A DNA stretch of 64,000 nucleotides from an uncultured Chloroflexia bacterium (GTDB lineage Bacteria > Chloroflexota > Limnocylindria > Limnocylindrales > CSP1-4). A program made the translations under genes and the position numbers. Numbering within the stretch: position 1 is the first letter of the stretch; every line of letters begins with the position of its first letter. Below are positions 43,956 to 53,608 of this stretch, in pieces. The notes beneath the pieces were generated by a model. It made no database searches. It saw only the letters and a list, made by a program, of their open reading frames with translations, and was not told the DNA's origin. The stretch covers positions 320,001-384,000 of the forward strand of contig CAVVJT010000010.1 in NCBI GenBank assembly GCA_963748625.1. Direction: 5' to 3'.

Positions 43956-44486
43956 ATGATCGACCTCGTGCTCACGTTCATCGGCACCGACCACCCCGGC
44001 ATCGTGGACTCCATCTCCGAAGTTGTCGCCGAGCACGGCGGCAACTGGACCGAGAGCCGCATGGCGCACCTCGCCGGCAAGTTCGCCGGCATCCTGTGCG
44101 TGGAGGTCGAGGAGGACCAGGCGGAAGCGCTCGAGGCCGCCCTGAGCCGGCTTGATGCGAGCGGCCTGCGGATCGTCGTGGAGCGCAGCGCGCCGCAGGA
44201 GCCGGACCGGCATCACGCGATGGAGATCGAGCTGCTCGGCCTCGACCGCCCCGGCCTCGTGCACGAGATCAGCGCGCTTCTCGCGACGCACAGGATCAAC
44301 GTGGAGGAGCTGGACACTGACCGGCCCCTGGCCGCGCACTCGGGCGACCCCATGTTCCACGCGCACGTGCGAGTGTTCATCCCCGACAACGTGGATGTCA
44401 CAGCCGTCCGCCACGGCCTCGAGCGCCTCGCCGGCGACCTGATGGTGGAGATCCGCCTGGTGGAGGCCCTGGGCACCGCCCGCTGA
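43956..44486 (+). CDS. Tandem ACT-domain protein (GcvR-like)
   Basis: GTDHPGIV..GGNWTESRMAHLAGKFAG; GLDRPGLV. Confidence 0.9.
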   Translation: MIDLVLTFIGTDHPGIVDSISEVVAEHGGNWTESRMAHLAGKFAGILCVEVEEDQAEALEAALSRLDASGLRIVVERSAPQEPDRHHAMEIELLGLDRPGLVHEISALLATHRINVEELDTDRPLAAHSGDPMFHAHVRVFIPDNVDVTAVRHGLERLAGDLMVEIRLVEALGTAR

Positions 44487-44561
44487 CGCTCGGCGGCCTG
44501 TCCACCCACGTGGTGCCCAGCGCCCCGGACCCCGACTCGGGCGTTCCGTCGGGTAGTGGCG

Positions 44562-45872
44562 TCACGGTGTCCGCGGCGCCCAAGCCGGCTGCATGACCGG
44601 CCCGGCCCACGGAAAGGTCGTGTAGGCAGACGTGTCCGATCGGACCAGACCGACCCAGGCCGCGTCGCCGGCACCGTTGGTGAAGGCCACCCACATGCCG
44701 TCGGGTGAGATCGCGAGCGGATCGCTTGCGGTTCCCCCGGGGATCTCGAGGCCGTCGGTCACCTGGGACGCGCGGCCCACCCGTTGGCCGAACACCCAGA
44801 GGTCGCCATCGCGCACGAACATCCTGTTCTCGTTGGCAGCCCAGGCCGGTGCGGCCAGGTTTGCGTCGGCTGGCGCCTCGACCAGCGTGTCGATGTCGCC
44901 ATTGTGCGGGTAGATCTCGCGGATGTAGGCACCCGCCTCGTCGACGGCCACGTAGGTGATGCGGTCGCCAACCGAGGACCAGACGGGGTCGTAGCCGGGC
45001 GCCAGTACCTGGAACCCCTGGCCGTCCACCCCGACGATCGCGATCTCGACCGTGGCCGATTCCGGCTGGCCGGCCAGCCAGGCCCCGTCGGGCGACCAGC
45101 TCTCGAACGCACCAGCGTGCAGCAGGCGCGCGTTGGAGCCGTCCGCCTCCATGACCCACGTCTCCCCGACGTCGATCATCCCGCGGTGGAACACGACCAG
45201 TCGCCCATCGGGGGCTGGAACGGGATGGTCCGCGTCGGCAACGAGGAGCTCGGGCTCGGCGGCCGGCCGCGCGTCGATCGCGCAGACGCCGGTCGGCATC
45301 TGACCCTCCACTTCGGCCACCGGGCACGTGTAGACAAGCCGGTCCGCGGACAACCACGCCGGCGCCCAGCCCTCGGCCAGGCGCGTGGTGGCCCCGTCCA
45401 TCGACCCGACCTCGATCCACCGCTTGCCGTTCTCGATGCGGGTGACCGCCAGTGTTCCAGTCGGTGCACCGGGCAGCGGGCTGGCCGCCGGCGGCGACGG
45501 CGCAACGCTCGGGACCGGCGGCAGCACCGAGAGGTCGTCATCGTCGGCGAGGAGCCGGAGCAGCCCCGCACCCACGGCGAAGGAGCCCAGGAGCAGGAGT
45601 GCCAGCAGCGCCGCCACGAAGAGGAGCCGGCCGGTGACGCGCACCATCGCCGGATGCAGCGCCCCGGCCATGATCTCCGCAGCACGACGCTCGGGGAGCA
45701 GGATGGGCGGCAGGTTCGTCAGGACCACGGCGTCCTGGCGGAGCATCGACACCGTGCGGGCACAGCTTGCGCAGTCGGCAAGATGCTGGTCGAGCAGGCG
45801 ACGCTCGGCGGCGGACAGCGGGAAGTCGATGGCGATGGCGGCGAGCTGCAGGAAGGTGTCGTGCGGCTTCAT
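44562..45872 (-). CDS. Anti-sigma factor: zinc-binding HxxxCxxC, TM, TolB-like beta-propeller
   Basis: HLADCASC, one TM, repeated WSPDG/PAW motifs. Confidence 0.85.
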   Translation of the reverse strand: MKPHDTFLQLAAIAIDFPLSAAERRLLDQHLADCASCARTVSMLRQDAVVLTNLPPILLPERRAAEIMAGALHPAMVRVTGRLLFVAALLALLLLGSFAVGAGLLRLLADDDDLSVLPPVPSVAPSPPAASPLPGAPTGTLAVTRIENGKRWIEVGSMDGATTRLAEGWAPAWLSADRLVYTCPVAEVEGQMPTGVCAIDARPAAEPELLVADADHPVPAPDGRLVVFHRGMIDVGETWVMEADGSNARLLHAGAFESWSPDGAWLAGQPESATVEIAIVGVDGQGFQVLAPGYDPVWSSVGDRITYVAVDEAGAYIREIYPHNGDIDTLVEAPADANLAAPAWAANENRMFVRDGDLWVFGQRVGRASQVTDGLEIPGGTASDPLAISPDGMWVAFTNGAGDAAWVGLVRSDTSAYTTFPWAGPVMQPAWAPRTP

Positions 45873-46441
45873 CGGGCGGCCTCCGGGGACTCGAGGCGTC
45901 CGCGGACCCGAAGGCGGGTCCGGCAGAGCAGGGTGCGGGTTGCGGCCTGGCTGCGGCCGATCGCTGCCGCGATGTCAGCGCCGCTGAAGCCCTCACTGGC
46001 CATCAGCAGCGCGGCCCGGGCGGCGGGGTCGAGGTCCGCCAAGACCCGCATCAGGTCCGCGCGGCCCTCGCGGTGGAGATAGCCCTGCTCGGGCAGGTTC
46101 TCAGACGGCAGCAGGCTGGGCGGCCTGCCGAGGCGCGCGATGCCCCGTGCGGCCGCGGTGAGGCGGCGACCCCGGCTGGTCGCGAGGTTGGCGCTCACGC
46201 GGTAGAGCCAGGCACGCACGTTGTCCGGCATGCGCTCCGCGCGCGCCTCGCGGGTGAGGCGCAGGAAGGCCTCCTGGAGCAGGTCCTCGGCCACCTCGGG
46301 GTCGCGCGTCGTGCGCACGAGGAAGGCGAAGATCTCGCCGTGGTGGTCGGCCCATGCACGCAGGACCAACGCGTCGGCCCGCGCCACCTGGTGCAGGCCG
46401 GCGGTCTCGACCGCCTCAACGGGAGACAGGTCTGGTTGCAT
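45869..46441 (-). CDS. ECF RNA polymerase sigma factor
   Basis: AEDLLQEAFLR, RAWLYRV, EGFSGADIA..RTRLR. Confidence 0.93.
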   Translation of the reverse strand: MQPDLSPVEAVETAGLHQVARADALVLRAWADHHGEIFAFLVRTTRDPEVAEDLLQEAFLRLTREARAERMPDNVRAWLYRVSANLATSRGRRLTAAARGIARLGRPPSLLPSENLPEQGYLHREGRADLMRVLADLDPAARAALLMASEGFSGADIAAAIGRSQAATRTLLCRTRLRVRGRLESPEAAR

Positions 46442-46449
46442 GCCGATGT

Positions 46450-46474
46450 GACGCTAAGCGTCCCCCGGTGTTTC
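46450..46474 (-). promoter_or_regulatory. ECF-type autoregulatory promoter
   Basis: GAAAC-N16-CGTC, 8 nt before the sigma ATG. Confidence 0.6.
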
Positions 46475-46589
46475 GGACAGAGGCGATGGACCCGATCGCG
46501 GGTCGTCAAGCGCGGGGCGTGCCGGGGCGACCCCCCCGGGTCCTCCGGCACTGGCGGCGCCCGCTGCCTGCGCCGACCATGCGTCAACC

Positions 46590-47858
46590 ATGTTCGACGC
46601 TCACGACCTTCGCGACCGACGCGACGAGCGGATCGCCCTGCTCGCCGAGGCGCTCGCAGACGGCGAGGCCCCCGGGACACCCGTCCGCGTCGAGTTCCAG
46701 GGCCTGGATCCCGCGTGCGGCGTGAACCAGGCGGACATCTTCGTGCACGACCTCCCGGCCGGATGCCTGCGTCTGGACGTCGTCGTGATCTCGGGGCCCA
46801 TCACCAGCGGCTCCCCCGACAGCATCGCCGCCACCGACAAGAGCTGGCCGGTGGCCGCAGGGGAGCAGCGCACGGCGCAGCTCCGCGCCCTGGGCTGGGT
46901 CGTGGACCCGACGGCGCTCCGCATGTGGGAAGTGGACCCGGCCGACCCGGAGTCCCTGGGCCAGGTGGTGGACGGCATTACCGAGGTCATCGACACCAGC
47001 GCCCGCATCGCCGCCGTGCCGGGTGCCGCGCACACCACGTGGACGTTCCGACGCTCGCCCGCCCAGCCACCCACCGCCGGCACCGTCCCCCGCGACGAGC
47101 CCTGGCAGGAGGACGCGTCGGAGCTGGATCTGCGCACCCGGATCATCAGCCTCGCGAGCCTCCGAGGCGGCCGGATCGTTGTTCGCTCGCCACTGATCGC
47201 CCTCGCGCAGCTGGAGCTGACGGCCTCGCGGCTCGGCGACCGGATCACCGTCCGCGCCAGCGACGACCTCTCGTCCTGGCGCGGCCGCTGGACCATCGAG
47301 GCTGGGGACGCCTACGTGGGCGGCATCCTGGAGGAGCTGCGCGGGGTCCTCGCCAGCCACGAGCCGGGTGCGCCCGGACCAACGCCCCTCAGCTTGCGGA
47401 TCGAGCGCCACGACGAGGCCGCTAACTGGGACGGAGACTCCGGCTACGTGCTCGGGTTCGGTGTGGTCGCTTCCCTCGTCATTGGGGCGGTCGCCGCTGC
47501 CGCCCTGGGACACCCGGCGGTGACCATGTGGCTCGACGAGGCAACGCGGCTCGCGTCAGACCAGGGAGGCGCGATCGTCCTGCTGGCGGCGGTAGGGATG
47601 ACGACCATGATCCCGGTCATGCTGGGGTGGTCCGTCGCGGAGGCCCTGTGCAGCAGGCTCCGCATCGGCTACGCGATCAGCGCGTGGGTGGACTTCGCGG
47701 CGGGGACGGTGACCGGAGTGGCGTACATCGCTCTCCTGGCCACCACGGGCGACCAGACCGCGCTCGTCGTGGCCGTGACGTGGGCCCTGGGCATCGCGGT
47801 GATGGCCGGCCCGGGCCTGCTCAGGCGACTCCGCGGCGGGGCGACGGGGCCTCGCTAA
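46590..47858 (+). CDS. Hypothetical protein with four C-terminal TMs
   Basis: 422-aa ORF; soluble N-terminus, hydrophobic C-terminus. Confidence 0.65.
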   Translation: MFDAHDLRDRRDERIALLAEALADGEAPGTPVRVEFQGLDPACGVNQADIFVHDLPAGCLRLDVVVISGPITSGSPDSIAATDKSWPVAAGEQRTAQLRALGWVVDPTALRMWEVDPADPESLGQVVDGITEVIDTSARIAAVPGAAHTTWTFRRSPAQPPTAGTVPRDEPWQEDASELDLRTRIISLASLRGGRIVVRSPLIALAQLELTASRLGDRITVRASDDLSSWRGRWTIEAGDAYVGGILEELRGVLASHEPGAPGPTPLSLRIERHDEAANWDGDSGYVLGFGVVASLVIGAVAAAALGHPAVTMWLDEATRLASDQGGAIVLLAAVGMTTMIPVMLGWSVAEALCSRLRIGYAISAWVDFAAGTVTGVAYIALLATTGDQTALVVAVTWALGIAVMAGPGLLRRLRGGATGPR

Positions 47859-47911
47859 GGCCTTGGAGGAGCGCACCGCCCACCGCTGAGGCAGGCGCCT
47901 CCAGGGGGCAG

Positions 47912-47935
47912 CAGCATCCCAGCAACCCAGCATCC
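47912..47935 (+). promoter_or_regulatory. Operator iterons for RHH antitoxin
   Basis: CAGCA(T/A)CC x3 directly before the -10 TACCAT. Confidence 0.6.
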
Positions 47936-47950
47936 TGTACCATCGGCCCC

Positions 47951-48205
47951 ATGAAGGTCACCTTCGACATCGACGCCGACCTGTACCGGTCGCTGAAGGT
48001 CGAGGCCGCACGCGCTGATCGAAGCGTCCGAGACGTCGTCGCCGATGCCATCGCCGCATGGCTGGACGGCCAGGAGCAGGCAGAGGACCTCGCGTCGGCC
48101 GCGGATGCCCTCGCCGAGTACCAGCGCGATGGCGGCACGTCGGCTTCGGCCTACTTCGAGCACCTCGCGGCGGAGGCGCGCGCGGAGTACGGGTCCGCCG
48201 ACTGA
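47951..48205 (+). CDS. Ribbon-helix-helix antitoxin
   Basis: MKVTFDIDADLYRSLKVEAA..SVRDVV; overlaps the toxin start. Confidence 0.8.
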   Translation: MKVTFDIDADLYRSLKVEAARADRSVRDVVADAIAAWLDGQEQAEDLASAADALAEYQRDGGTSASAYFEHLAAEARAEYGSAD

Positions 48206-48477
48206 TGCCGGCCGAGCCCTATCGGGTGGACCTGGCGCCGGCGGCGGCCCGACAGCTCCGGCGGCTCCCGCCGGGTGACGCCGCCCGCCTGCGCGGCCCG
48301 ATCCTTGCCCTCGGCCTGGAGCCGAGACCGCCGGGCTCGACACCGCTCGTCGGCAGTGACTGGTGGCGGCTGCGCATGGGCGACCTGCGCCTGATCTACG
48401 CGATCGACGACGCGGCACGGGTGGTGGTCATCCTGCGTGCCGCGCGCCGCAACGAGAGCACCTACCGCTCCCGCTGA
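48205..48477 (+). CDS. RelE/ParE family toxin
   Basis: YRVDLAPAAARQL, PRPPG, WRLRMGDLRLIYAIDD, RRNESTY. Confidence 0.9.
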   Translation: MPAEPYRVDLAPAAARQLRRLPPGDAARLRGPILALGLEPRPPGSTPLVGSDWWRLRMGDLRLIYAIDDAARVVVILRAARRNESTYRSR

Positions 48478-48513
48478 TCGCTCCGGCGGTCACTCAGGGG
48501 ATCGCTCCGGTGA

Positions 48514-50568
48514 TCACTCCCCGCGGGCCGTCGCCACCGCGAACGCGAACGGCAGGACCGCGCCCGACCCCGCCTCGCGCAGCATCGAGCCCGCCACCGT
48601 GAGCGTCCAGCGCGAGTCCACCAGGTCGTCGACGAGCAGCACCGGGCCGCCGCGCCTGACGCCCTCCTCCACCACCGACAGCTTCGCGCGGGCATTGGCC
48701 GCCTGCTGGGCGCTGTTGGCCATCGCCGCCTGGGCCGGGTGACCGCCCGACGCCACCACGCACGGGATCATCGGCAGCCCCAGCACCGAAGCCAGCCGGC
48801 GCGCGGCGTCCTCCACCATTCCAGGGCGCGAGACCGACGGCACGCACGTCACCCACTCGGGCGCGGGTTCCGGGCGCCAGCGGCCGTGGATCACCTCGAC
48901 GGCTGCGCGGATGATGTGATCGGGCAGCGGGTCGCCGGCCTCGAGTGACGACGCCACGTCCCTCCCCCACCCCGGGTCGCCCAGGATGCACAGTGCCCGG
49001 CCCTCGGCGGCCGGCTTCGGGATGCGTGCGCCTTCCGGCCACTGCTTGCGCGGCTCGATCGCCCGGACGTCGCGCCGCAGGTACGCGACCGCATCCTGGA
49101 CGAGTGCCGGCGAGACGGAGCGTGGCCAGCGCACCCCGCCGTCGTTCGCGCAGTGCCCGCAGTCGGCCGCGGTCGGGTCGTTGAGCAGCTCGCCCAGGAA
49201 CCGCATCCGGCACGTATCGGTCTCCACGTACGCCCGCATCGACGCGAGCTCCCGCCGTCGCGCCTCGATCACGCCCGCCACCCAGGCCTCGTCCTGCTCC
49301 CAGGCGATCGGCGTCCGGACATACCGCGACCCCTCGCGCGCCACCGCCCCATCGACCTCGAGCAGCTTGAGCGCCTTCTCGATCTGGCCGTACGGGAGGT
49401 TGACCGCCGCCTGGAGCGACTTGATGGTGGACGCCCCCTGGATCTCCAGCGCCGCGAGGATGTCCGCCATCCGCGCCGACGGCGGGAACGCGGTGGCCAG
49501 GAAGTACTCCGCGATCGCGTCATCCTCGCGCCCGGACAGCAGGATCCCGAACGCGTTCTCCACCGCGCGTCCCGCCCGGCCCACCTGCTGGTAGTAGGCG
49601 ATGGGCGAACCCGGCCGCTGGTAGTGGACCACGAAGCCGAGGTCGGGCTTGTCGAACCCCATCCCCAGCGCGACCGTGGCCACCAGCGCCTTGCACCGGT
49701 TGGCGAGCAGGTCCTGCTCCAGCGCCTCGCGCTCCTCGGGGGCGATGTCCGCGTTGTACGGCCGCGCGTCGATCCCCTGCCCCACCAGCCAGCCCGACAC
49801 CCGCTGTGTGTCCGCCACCGTGAGGCAGTAGACGATCCCCGCGCCCGGCATCGTGGGCAGGTGCTCGGCCAGCCAGGCCAGCCGCTCGGCCTGGTCGCGC
49901 AGGGGGATCGCATCGAGGTGCAGCGTGTCCCGTGCGAGTGGCCCGCGGATCACCGACACGTGCTCGCCCAGCTGCGCCGCCACGTCCTCGACCACGCGGT
50001 CGTTGGCGGTGGCCGTCGTCCCCAGCACCGGCACGGCCGGCCCCAGCGTGGGCAGCAGCCGCCCGATGCGCCGGTAGTCCGGCACGAACTCGTGCCCCCA
50101 GTCGCTGATGCAGTGCGCCTCGTCCACCACGAACATGCCGATCGTGCGCTCCAGGCGCGGCAGCAGGCGCGTCGTGAAGTCCTGGTTCGCGAAGCGCTGG
50201 GCCGACACGAACAGCACGTCGATCCGGTTCGCGACCAGGTCGTCCTCGATGTCGTCCCAGGCGTCCCGGTTGGCGGAGTTGATCGTCACCGCCCGCAGGC
50301 CGAGGCGGTCCGCGGCCTCGATCTGGTTGCGCATCAGGCTGAGCAGCGGACTCACGATCAGCGAGGGCCCGTGGCCCTGGTCCCGGCGCACGCGCGTCGC
50401 GATCCAGTAGACGAGGCTCTTGCCCCAACCCGTGCGCTGCACCACGAGCGTGCGCGACCCGTCCTGGACGACCGCCTCGATCGCCTCGCGCTGACCCTCG
50501 CGGAAGGCGGCGCCCGGGCCGAACATGGTCTCGAGGTGGGCCTGGAGCGCATCGGGGGCAGTCGTCAT
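48514..50568 (-). CDS. RecQ-family helicase with C-terminal PRT-like domain (RqlH-like)
   Basis: QRTGWGKS, DEAHCISDWGH, ALGMGFDKPD, QQVGRAGR, CGHC, LLVDDLVDSRWT. Confidence 0.9.
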   Translation of the reverse strand: MTTAPDALQAHLETMFGPGAAFREGQREAIEAVVQDGSRTLVVQRTGWGKSLVYWIATRVRRDQGHGPSLIVSPLLSLMRNQIEAADRLGLRAVTINSANRDAWDDIEDDLVANRIDVLFVSAQRFANQDFTTRLLPRLERTIGMFVVDEAHCISDWGHEFVPDYRRIGRLLPTLGPAVPVLGTTATANDRVVEDVAAQLGEHVSVIRGPLARDTLHLDAIPLRDQAERLAWLAEHLPTMPGAGIVYCLTVADTQRVSGWLVGQGIDARPYNADIAPEEREALEQDLLANRCKALVATVALGMGFDKPDLGFVVHYQRPGSPIAYYQQVGRAGRAVENAFGILLSGREDDAIAEYFLATAFPPSARMADILAALEIQGASTIKSLQAAVNLPYGQIEKALKLLEVDGAVAREGSRYVRTPIAWEQDEAWVAGVIEARRRELASMRAYVETDTCRMRFLGELLNDPTAADCGHCANDGGVRWPRSVSPALVQDAVAYLRRDVRAIEPRKQWPEGARIPKPAAEGRALCILGDPGWGRDVASSLEAGDPLPDHIIRAAVEVIHGRWRPEPAPEWVTCVPSVSRPGMVEDAARRLASVLGLPMIPCVVASGGHPAQAAMANSAQQAANARAKLSVVEEGVRRGGPVLLVDDLVDSRWTLTVAGSMLREAGSGAVLPFAFAVATARGE

Positions 50569-50619
50569 GCCGGGGAGTATCGCCCCTGCCGACCCCAGAC
50601 CCCTGTCGGCCCGACCGGC

Positions 50620-50730
50620 GCCCCAACATTGGGGCGCTTCGAGGATTCGCACGAGGAGCTGGACCGCCGAAACGACGGTTGGGGCAATGAGCTCTGCATG
50701 CTGACCACGGATTCGACCCATGGTTGGGGG
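50620..50730. repeat. 111-bp two-box element, copy D
   Basis: GCCCCAACATTGGGGC ... GACCCATGGTTGGGGG; closely similar to copy E. Confidence 0.85.
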
Positions 50731-50775
50731 CACCCGGTATGAACGCTGCGCTGCGACCCCCCCGTGGCTCCCGGC

Positions 50776-51174
50776 TCAGATGCCGAGTACGGGCACCGTC
50801 CCCGCCGCCCCGGCCGCCACCAGCAGCGCCCGGATGTCCTCGACGTCGCCCGTCAGGATCGCGGAGCCAGGGACCGCAAGCGCTTCGAGCACGACGCATG
50901 CATCCGCATCGCTGCCCCGGCCGGCGGCCACGCGGAGCCCGACGGCCGTGTGCCCGAGAGGCGGCAGCAGAGGAAGCTCAATCTCGATCACGCTGAGCAC
51001 ATGCATGATCCGTGCGGTCGAACGCGCGCCGAACAAGGCCTCCATGGCACACAGCACCGGCACGACCGCCACCCGACCGCGATCCGTTGCCTCATCGAGG
51101 CGGGCACGAGCACTTGCGTCCGCACGCTCGAGGGCGATGAGGACGCCGGTATCGAGCACGATCCTCGGCGTCAG
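50776..51174 (-). CDS. PIN-domain (VapC-like) toxin
   Basis: IVLDTGVLIALER, DADACV, ILTGDVEDI; start codon uncertain. Confidence 0.8.
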   Translation of the reverse strand: MTPRIVLDTGVLIALERADASARARLDEATDRGRVAVVPVLCAMEALFGARSTARIMHVLSVIEIELPLLPPLGHTAVGLRVAAGRGSDADACVVLEALAVPGSAILTGDVEDIRALLVAAGAAGTVPVLGI

Positions 51175-51404
51175 AAGACTCGGTCGATCTCGTCCCACTG
51201 CCTTCGCGCCTCGGCTTGGACGTCGTCGGGAATGGGGCCGAACTCCTCGTCCATCTCGTCGAGCAACTGCTTGATCCGGATCCGCTGAAGGCGTTGGGCG
51301 ACAACGTCATTCACGAACGCCGAGAAGTTCCCTTCGCCGGCGACCTCCATGGCCTCCCGCGCAACGCGCTCCTCGAACGCGACGGACTTCTTCACCACCG
51401 CCAT
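51171..51404 (-). CDS. CopG/RHH-like antitoxin
   Basis: KKSVAF..NFSAFVN..LLDEMDEEFGPIP. Confidence 0.8.
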   Translation of the reverse strand: MAVVKKSVAFEERVAREAMEVAGEGNFSAFVNDVVAQRLQRIRIKQLLDEMDEEFGPIPDDVQAEARRQWDEIDRVF

Positions 51405-51423
51405 GTGCTGTCGCCTCGCTCCA

Positions 51424-51442
51424 TTCCTACCGCCGGTAGGAA
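51424..51442. promoter_or_regulatory. Antitoxin operator palindrome
   Basis: TTCCTACCG-C-CGGTAGGAA. Confidence 0.65.
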
Positions 51443-51545
51443 CACTAGGCGGCGAGCCTCCAACCGTCAACCCGATCTCCCGACTGCCATCACCAACGTG
51501 CCCGATCCTGGCCGAGGCCGCTTATGCGCCGCTTACGCCCTCGGA

Positions 51546-51656
51546 GCCCCACCCTTGGGGCGCATCGAGGATTCGCACGAGGAGCTGGACCGCCGAAACC
51601 GCCGTTGGGGCGATGAGCCCTGCACGCTGATCCCGGAAACGCCCCATAGTTGGGGC
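51546..51656. repeat. 111-bp two-box element, copy E
   Basis: GCCCCACCCTTGGGGC ... GCCCCATAGTTGGGGC. Confidence 0.85.
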
Positions 51657-51725
51657 GCGGCTGCAGCTGGGCGCGGCTGCCGCGACGCACAGAACTGCGT
51701 CCCCCGCCCCACCGAGGTGCCGGCC

Positions 51726-52280
51726 ATGACCACCCTGCCTGACCGCCCCAACACTGCCCTCGTCGTGATCGACGTCCAGAACGGAGTCGTCGCCGACTGC
51801 TACCAGCGCGACGAGGTGGTCGCTCGGATCCGCACGCTCGTGGAGCGGGCTCGCGCCGAGGGCACCCCCGTGATCTGGGTTGCCGACAACGCCGAGGGCC
51901 GGGAGATCGGCAGCGAGCCCTGGAAGATCGTGCCCGAGCTGCCGCACGAGGACGCCGACCCCCTCATCGACAAGCAGTACGGCGACGCCTTCGAGGAGAC
52001 CGACCTCGAGGCGGTCCTGGCGCGTGCCGGCGTCGGGCGGCTCGTCGTCGCGGGCGCCCAGACGGACGCCTGCATCCGGTCCACCATCCACGGCGCCTTC
52101 ACGCGCGGCTATGACGTCACGCTCGTCAGCGATGCCCACACCACCGAGGACTTCACCGCCTGGGGCATGCCGGACCCCGCGGCGGTGATCGCGATGACCA
52201 ACATCTCGTGGCGCTACCACTCGGCGCCCGGGCGGACGGCGGCGGTCGTGGACACCGCCGAGGTGACGTTCGCCGGCTGA
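51726..52280 (+). CDS. Isochorismatase/cysteine hydrolase family protein
   Basis: ALVVIDVQ, KQYGDAF, GAQTDACIRST, DAHTT. Confidence 0.92.
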   Translation: MTTLPDRPNTALVVIDVQNGVVADCYQRDEVVARIRTLVERARAEGTPVIWVADNAEGREIGSEPWKIVPELPHEDADPLIDKQYGDAFEETDLEAVLARAGVGRLVVAGAQTDACIRSTIHGAFTRGYDVTLVSDAHTTEDFTAWGMPDPAAVIAMTNISWRYHSAPGRTAAVVDTAEVTFAG

Positions 52281-52357
52281 CCCGAGAGCGCGGATCTCAT
52301 CCCTGCAAGGATGGAATCGGCCAACTATCCCCGTGCGGATCGAATCCGCCGGATGGA

Positions 52358-53217
52358 GATCAGTAGCCCGACCAGATCCTGATGTCGCCCTTGTCGACGT
52401 GGAAGACATACGGGCAGTACATCCGGTCGTTGACCGCGGTGACGTCCGCGTGGCCGCCGCAGAACGTGTCGGTCAGGCCCTTGGATGCGCCGTCCGTGAC
52501 GATCACGCGGTAGTGGGAACAGTTCCCGAGTGGATCTGATGAGGCGGGACCGGCGACGAGGAGACACTCCCAGCCGGTGATCTCCGCTGCCGGGGCCCCC
52601 GACGTCGCCGTGAAGAAGCGCACCGTGTCGACGGTTCCCCGGGTCTGGTTGCCTGCCCAGGCGTCGTCGCCGGTCATCGAGCTGGACTCGTAATAGCCGT
52701 CACGAAGCGCCCCGGTGGCAGTCGCGTCCACCTGGAGGCGGAACATCGACGTGGCCGCGGGATCGACAAGCAGGCTGCCGATGAACGTCCCCGCGACGTG
52801 CTTCGGCATCACCTTCGCACTGGCCAGGGCGACCATGCGCTCCTTGGTGGTGCAGTGCTTCGTCGGGTAGTTGATGGCGCGCATCACGCCGGTCGTCCTG
52901 TTGACGCACGAGTACACGGTGCCGCCCGAGGAGGGGATGGCCGCCACCGCCACCGATCCGGCGACCGCGAATGCCGCGAGCACCGCACCCACGGCGATGA
53001 CACGGCGGACAGGAGAGAGCCGCATGATGGGCCTCCGTCGATTGCCCGCGGGTCGGTCCCGCCAGTGGCTGGGCGCGGTCCCGGCGGCCGGAGTTGCGGC
53101 CCGCGCGTCATCGCCTCCCGTGACGGTTGGATGCTGGGCGCGCGGCGACCACCGCGCCAGTGCTCGATGGCCTGTGCACAGCGCACCGATGATTACCCGC
53201 CAACCGGCGGCGGACGG
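52358..53217. repeat. ~860-bp direct repeat, copy 1 (gene plus ~190 bp upstream)
   Basis: Matches 55739-56597. Confidence 0.9.
52360..53025 (-). CDS. Secreted Cys-containing hypothetical protein, paralog 1
   Basis: GGAGG RBS, signal peptide, AIPSSGGTVYSC, six Cys. Confidence 0.8.
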   Translation of the reverse strand: MRLSPVRRVIAVGAVLAAFAVAGSVAVAAIPSSGGTVYSCVNRTTGVMRAINYPTKHCTTKERMVALASAKVMPKHVAGTFIGSLLVDPAATSMFRLQVDATATGALRDGYYESSSMTGDDAWAGNQTRGTVDTVRFFTATSGAPAAEITGWECLLVAGPASSDPLGNCSHYRVIVTDGASKGLTDTFCGGHADVTAVNDRMYCPYVFHVDKGDIRIWSGY

Positions 53218-53335
53218 CTCCAGTCTGGCCCGCGGTGCTCGTCCAGCGCGCGGGGCCACATAACAGGGGGTTGAGCCCCGATGCGTACCCTGCCGGCACC
53301 ACCCCGCCATCCACCCGCCGGTGGAGCGCACGTCC

Positions 53336-53608
53336 ATGCCCACCCTCCTGGACATCGCGGGATTCGTCTTCTACATGGTCATGTTCGACTGTCAGGAGCC
53401 GCGTCACGTCCACGTCGCACGCCGGGGCGACCGACGCGCTCCAGCCAAGTTCTGGATCGACCCGATCCGGCTCGAGACACCCGGTCGCTACAATAGCCGC
53501 GACCTCGCGAGGATCGCGAGGATCGCGAGGCTCATCGAGGAGCACCAGCCGATCCTCGTCCGGCGATGGGACGAGGAGTGCGAGCGGGCAAGGGAGAGCG
53601 GGCGATGA
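53336..53608 (+). CDS. DUF4160 family protein (putative toxin)
   Basis: MPTL..GFVFY..EPRHVHV..AKFWI..RWDE. Confidence 0.85.
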   Translation: MPTLLDIAGFVFYMVMFDCQEPRHVHVARRGDRRAPAKFWIDPIRLETPGRYNSRDLARIARIARLIEEHQPILVRRWDEECERARESGR

